Shown: piece after piece, positions 62,141-64,000 of the stretch
How the letters are laid out: each line of letters starts with the position of its first letter
Numbering within the stretch: the stretch's first letter is position 1
Assembly: GCA_964187785.1 (NCBI GenBank)
Contig: OZ076416.1
Span: forward strand, 8,246,001-8,310,000
Length of the DNA: 64,000 nt
Direction: 5' to 3'
From: Amphiscolops sp. MND2022
Taxonomy: Eukaryota
Position numbers and translations under genes: made by a program
The notes under the pieces: model-generated
Database searches by the model: none
The model's input: the letters and a program-made list of their open reading frames with translations, nothing else
What the model was told of the DNA's origin: nothing

Positions 62141-62449
62141 CGTGATTGAAAATTCTTCAAATGAATATAATCCATCGTACGAATCGTGGAATGACGTCTA
62201 TGAAAGATACAACACGCTCCGATCCCTTGTACAATTCCGTGCATGGAATTTCGTATAGTTGCGTTGATCATGCAATTTCATGAATGTAATTTCGAGTTAC
62301 AACTATGTCTTTTTCTGAATTATAGTAACATCACCCAGGTACTTCCATAAAAAAGCTGTTTTTAGGAGTCGGAAAAAATTTTCGACTACTTATGCAATCG
62401 TGTTGTTTTTTTTTTCTCCCGACCTTTTCATGAAAATTTCAAATTTCTC

Positions 62450-63123
62450 GAAAACTGTCCATACGATTTTCACGAAATTTTGCACAGTCATTCTACACCC
62501 AAAGGGGCCCCTGCGTGTGCAAAGGCATCAAAATCGTATGGCTGGGATGTGAGAAACATAGCCAAAATTAGCCCAAAAATGGCCAAAAAACAGCCATTTT
62601 TCGACTTTTTTCGATTTTCTCAAAAACTGTCCATACGATTCGAACGAAATTTTCTACAGTTATTCTACACCATATTAGAGTCCTATATGTGCAATGGCAT
62701 CAAAATCGTATGGCTGGGATGTGAGAAACATAGCCAAAATTAGCCCAAAAATGGCCAAAAAACAGCCATTTTTCGACTTTTTTCGATTTTCTCAAAAACT
62801 GTCCATACGAATCGAACGAAATTTTCTACAGATATTCTACACCATATTAGAGTCCTATGTGTGCAATGGCATCAAAATCGTATGGCTGGGATGTGAGAAA
62901 CATAGCCAAAATTAGCCCAAAAATGGCCAAAAAACAGCCATTTTTCGACTTTTTTCGATTTTCTCAAAAACTGTCCATACGATTCGAACGAAATTTTCTA
63001 CAGATATTCTACACCATATTAGAGTCCTATGTGTGCAATGGCATCAAAATCGTATGGCTGGGATGTGAGAAACATAGCCAAAATTAGCCCAAAAATGGTC
63101 AAAAAAGGGCCATTTTTCGACTT
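62450..63123. repeat. 172-bp tandem repeat, ~3.9 copies
   Basis: GGCATCAAAATCG at 62524, 62696, 62868 and 63040. Confidence 0.95.
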
Positions 63124-63569
63124 CAGAAAAAAACCTAAGCCGACTCATTTACCGCACATGCGGCTCTGGTTTTCTATACTCTCAATAGTTTTCAACAAGA
63201 AGATGAACCATCGTTCCGTGAAACTATTGGCTGCATTTGGAAAGCGGTCCCTATGAGGTTTTTTGACAAAATGCGTCGTTTTAAAAAAAATTGATTCGCC
63301 TAACGAAAAGAATTAAGGTAAGATCGAAAGTGCATGCAGGGGTGCCAAAAAGTTCCCCCTCTGATGCTTTCACTTTTTTAACTCAATAAAACTGAATGAG
63401 ACGAAAGGTCACCTTTGTGGTTTTTGGCTTTTTGTCGCTACTTTTTGGAAATACTTTTGATTTCTACCAAAAAATGTGCCCTGTGATTTAGTTGATGTTT
63501 CAAGTTAGGAAAAAACGTGTTTTTTTAGTGCCACTGGCTTCCTCATTCTATTTTTCCATTCTGTTTCAG

Positions 63570-63822
63570 TCAGAGATAGAGCTGAAATGGAACAACAAGA
63601 CCTCCATGGCCACTTGCTTGCACTGTATGGACACTCAGGACATAAACTTCGAACAGGACGTGACGTCATCAGGACTGACGGTGTCTCAGGTGTGTGCAGG
63701 TGTCTGCATGGCAGCTGTGCTCGTCACCGCCATCATGCTCATTGCTTACGTCATAGTTGCCCGCTTCAAAAAGGACTCCGAGAAAACTTGCAAGATTCTC
63801 CTTGTTCTCGCCTCCGTTTGTG
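63570..63822 (+). CDS. Claudin/PMP22-like gene B, exon 2
   Basis: Acceptor GTTTCAG|TCA (phase 0); TCLHCMDTQDINFEQDV...TM2; donor TGTG|GTTAGC (phase 1). Aligns with gene A exon 2. Exon 3 is presumably beyond the window. Confidence 0.9.
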
Positions 63823-63925
63823 GTTAGCACAATCTTTCAATTTATTATTTTCAGCCCCCACAAATTTATTTGTCAATGGGGAGAAAAATCATAATTTTTT
63901 TCAACTAATTCTACCAAGTCTCCAC

Positions 63926-64000
63926 CAGAGTTGGAACCAAGCACGTCATTAAATGTTGCCGGACCAGGCCGGGCGGGCTTATAACCGGGCTTTTTCGAGC
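63926..64000. mobile_element. Start of a second hAT-like MITE of the 48062 family
   Basis: CAGAGTTGGAACC terminus followed by GGCCGGGCGGG tract; truncated by the window edge. Confidence 0.6.

Noticed and set aside
62480-63256. Four similar ORFs (MASKSYGWDVRNIAK...)
   Set aside because: Translations of the 172-bp tandem repeat within an intron.

Overview
This is AT-rich, transposon-dense animal genomic DNA with GT-AG introns and one 200-N assembly gap (13781-13980). From recall, the repeat and retroelement families resemble those of acoel worms; this is not verified. Three host genes were reconstructed by hand from splice sites and reading phase. (1) A 5-exon, ~810-aa, largely low-complexity gene of unknown function on + (20885-40798). 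(2) A complete 208-aa claudin/PMP22-superfamily tetraspan gene on - (55490 to 48467). (3) A divergently transcribed paralog on + (from 60696, running off the window end). The rest is mostly Ty3/gypsy LTR-retrotransposon debris and several non-autonomous DNA-transposon families: pogo-like, hAT-like, animal CACTA-like, 8-9-bp-TSD MITEs and an abundant DINE-1/HINE-like family. There are also tRNA-derived SINE heads, local tandem duplications and a perfect 151-bp palindrome. The most unusual structure lies in intron 2 of gene 1: a 5'-truncated gypsy element whose RT-RNase H module, fused to an ATG from flanking DNA, is amplified as a 2283-bp tandem unit, giving two uninterrupted 542-aa ORFs plus one internally deleted copy. 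No CRISPR/cas system, rRNA or intact tRNA gene is supported.
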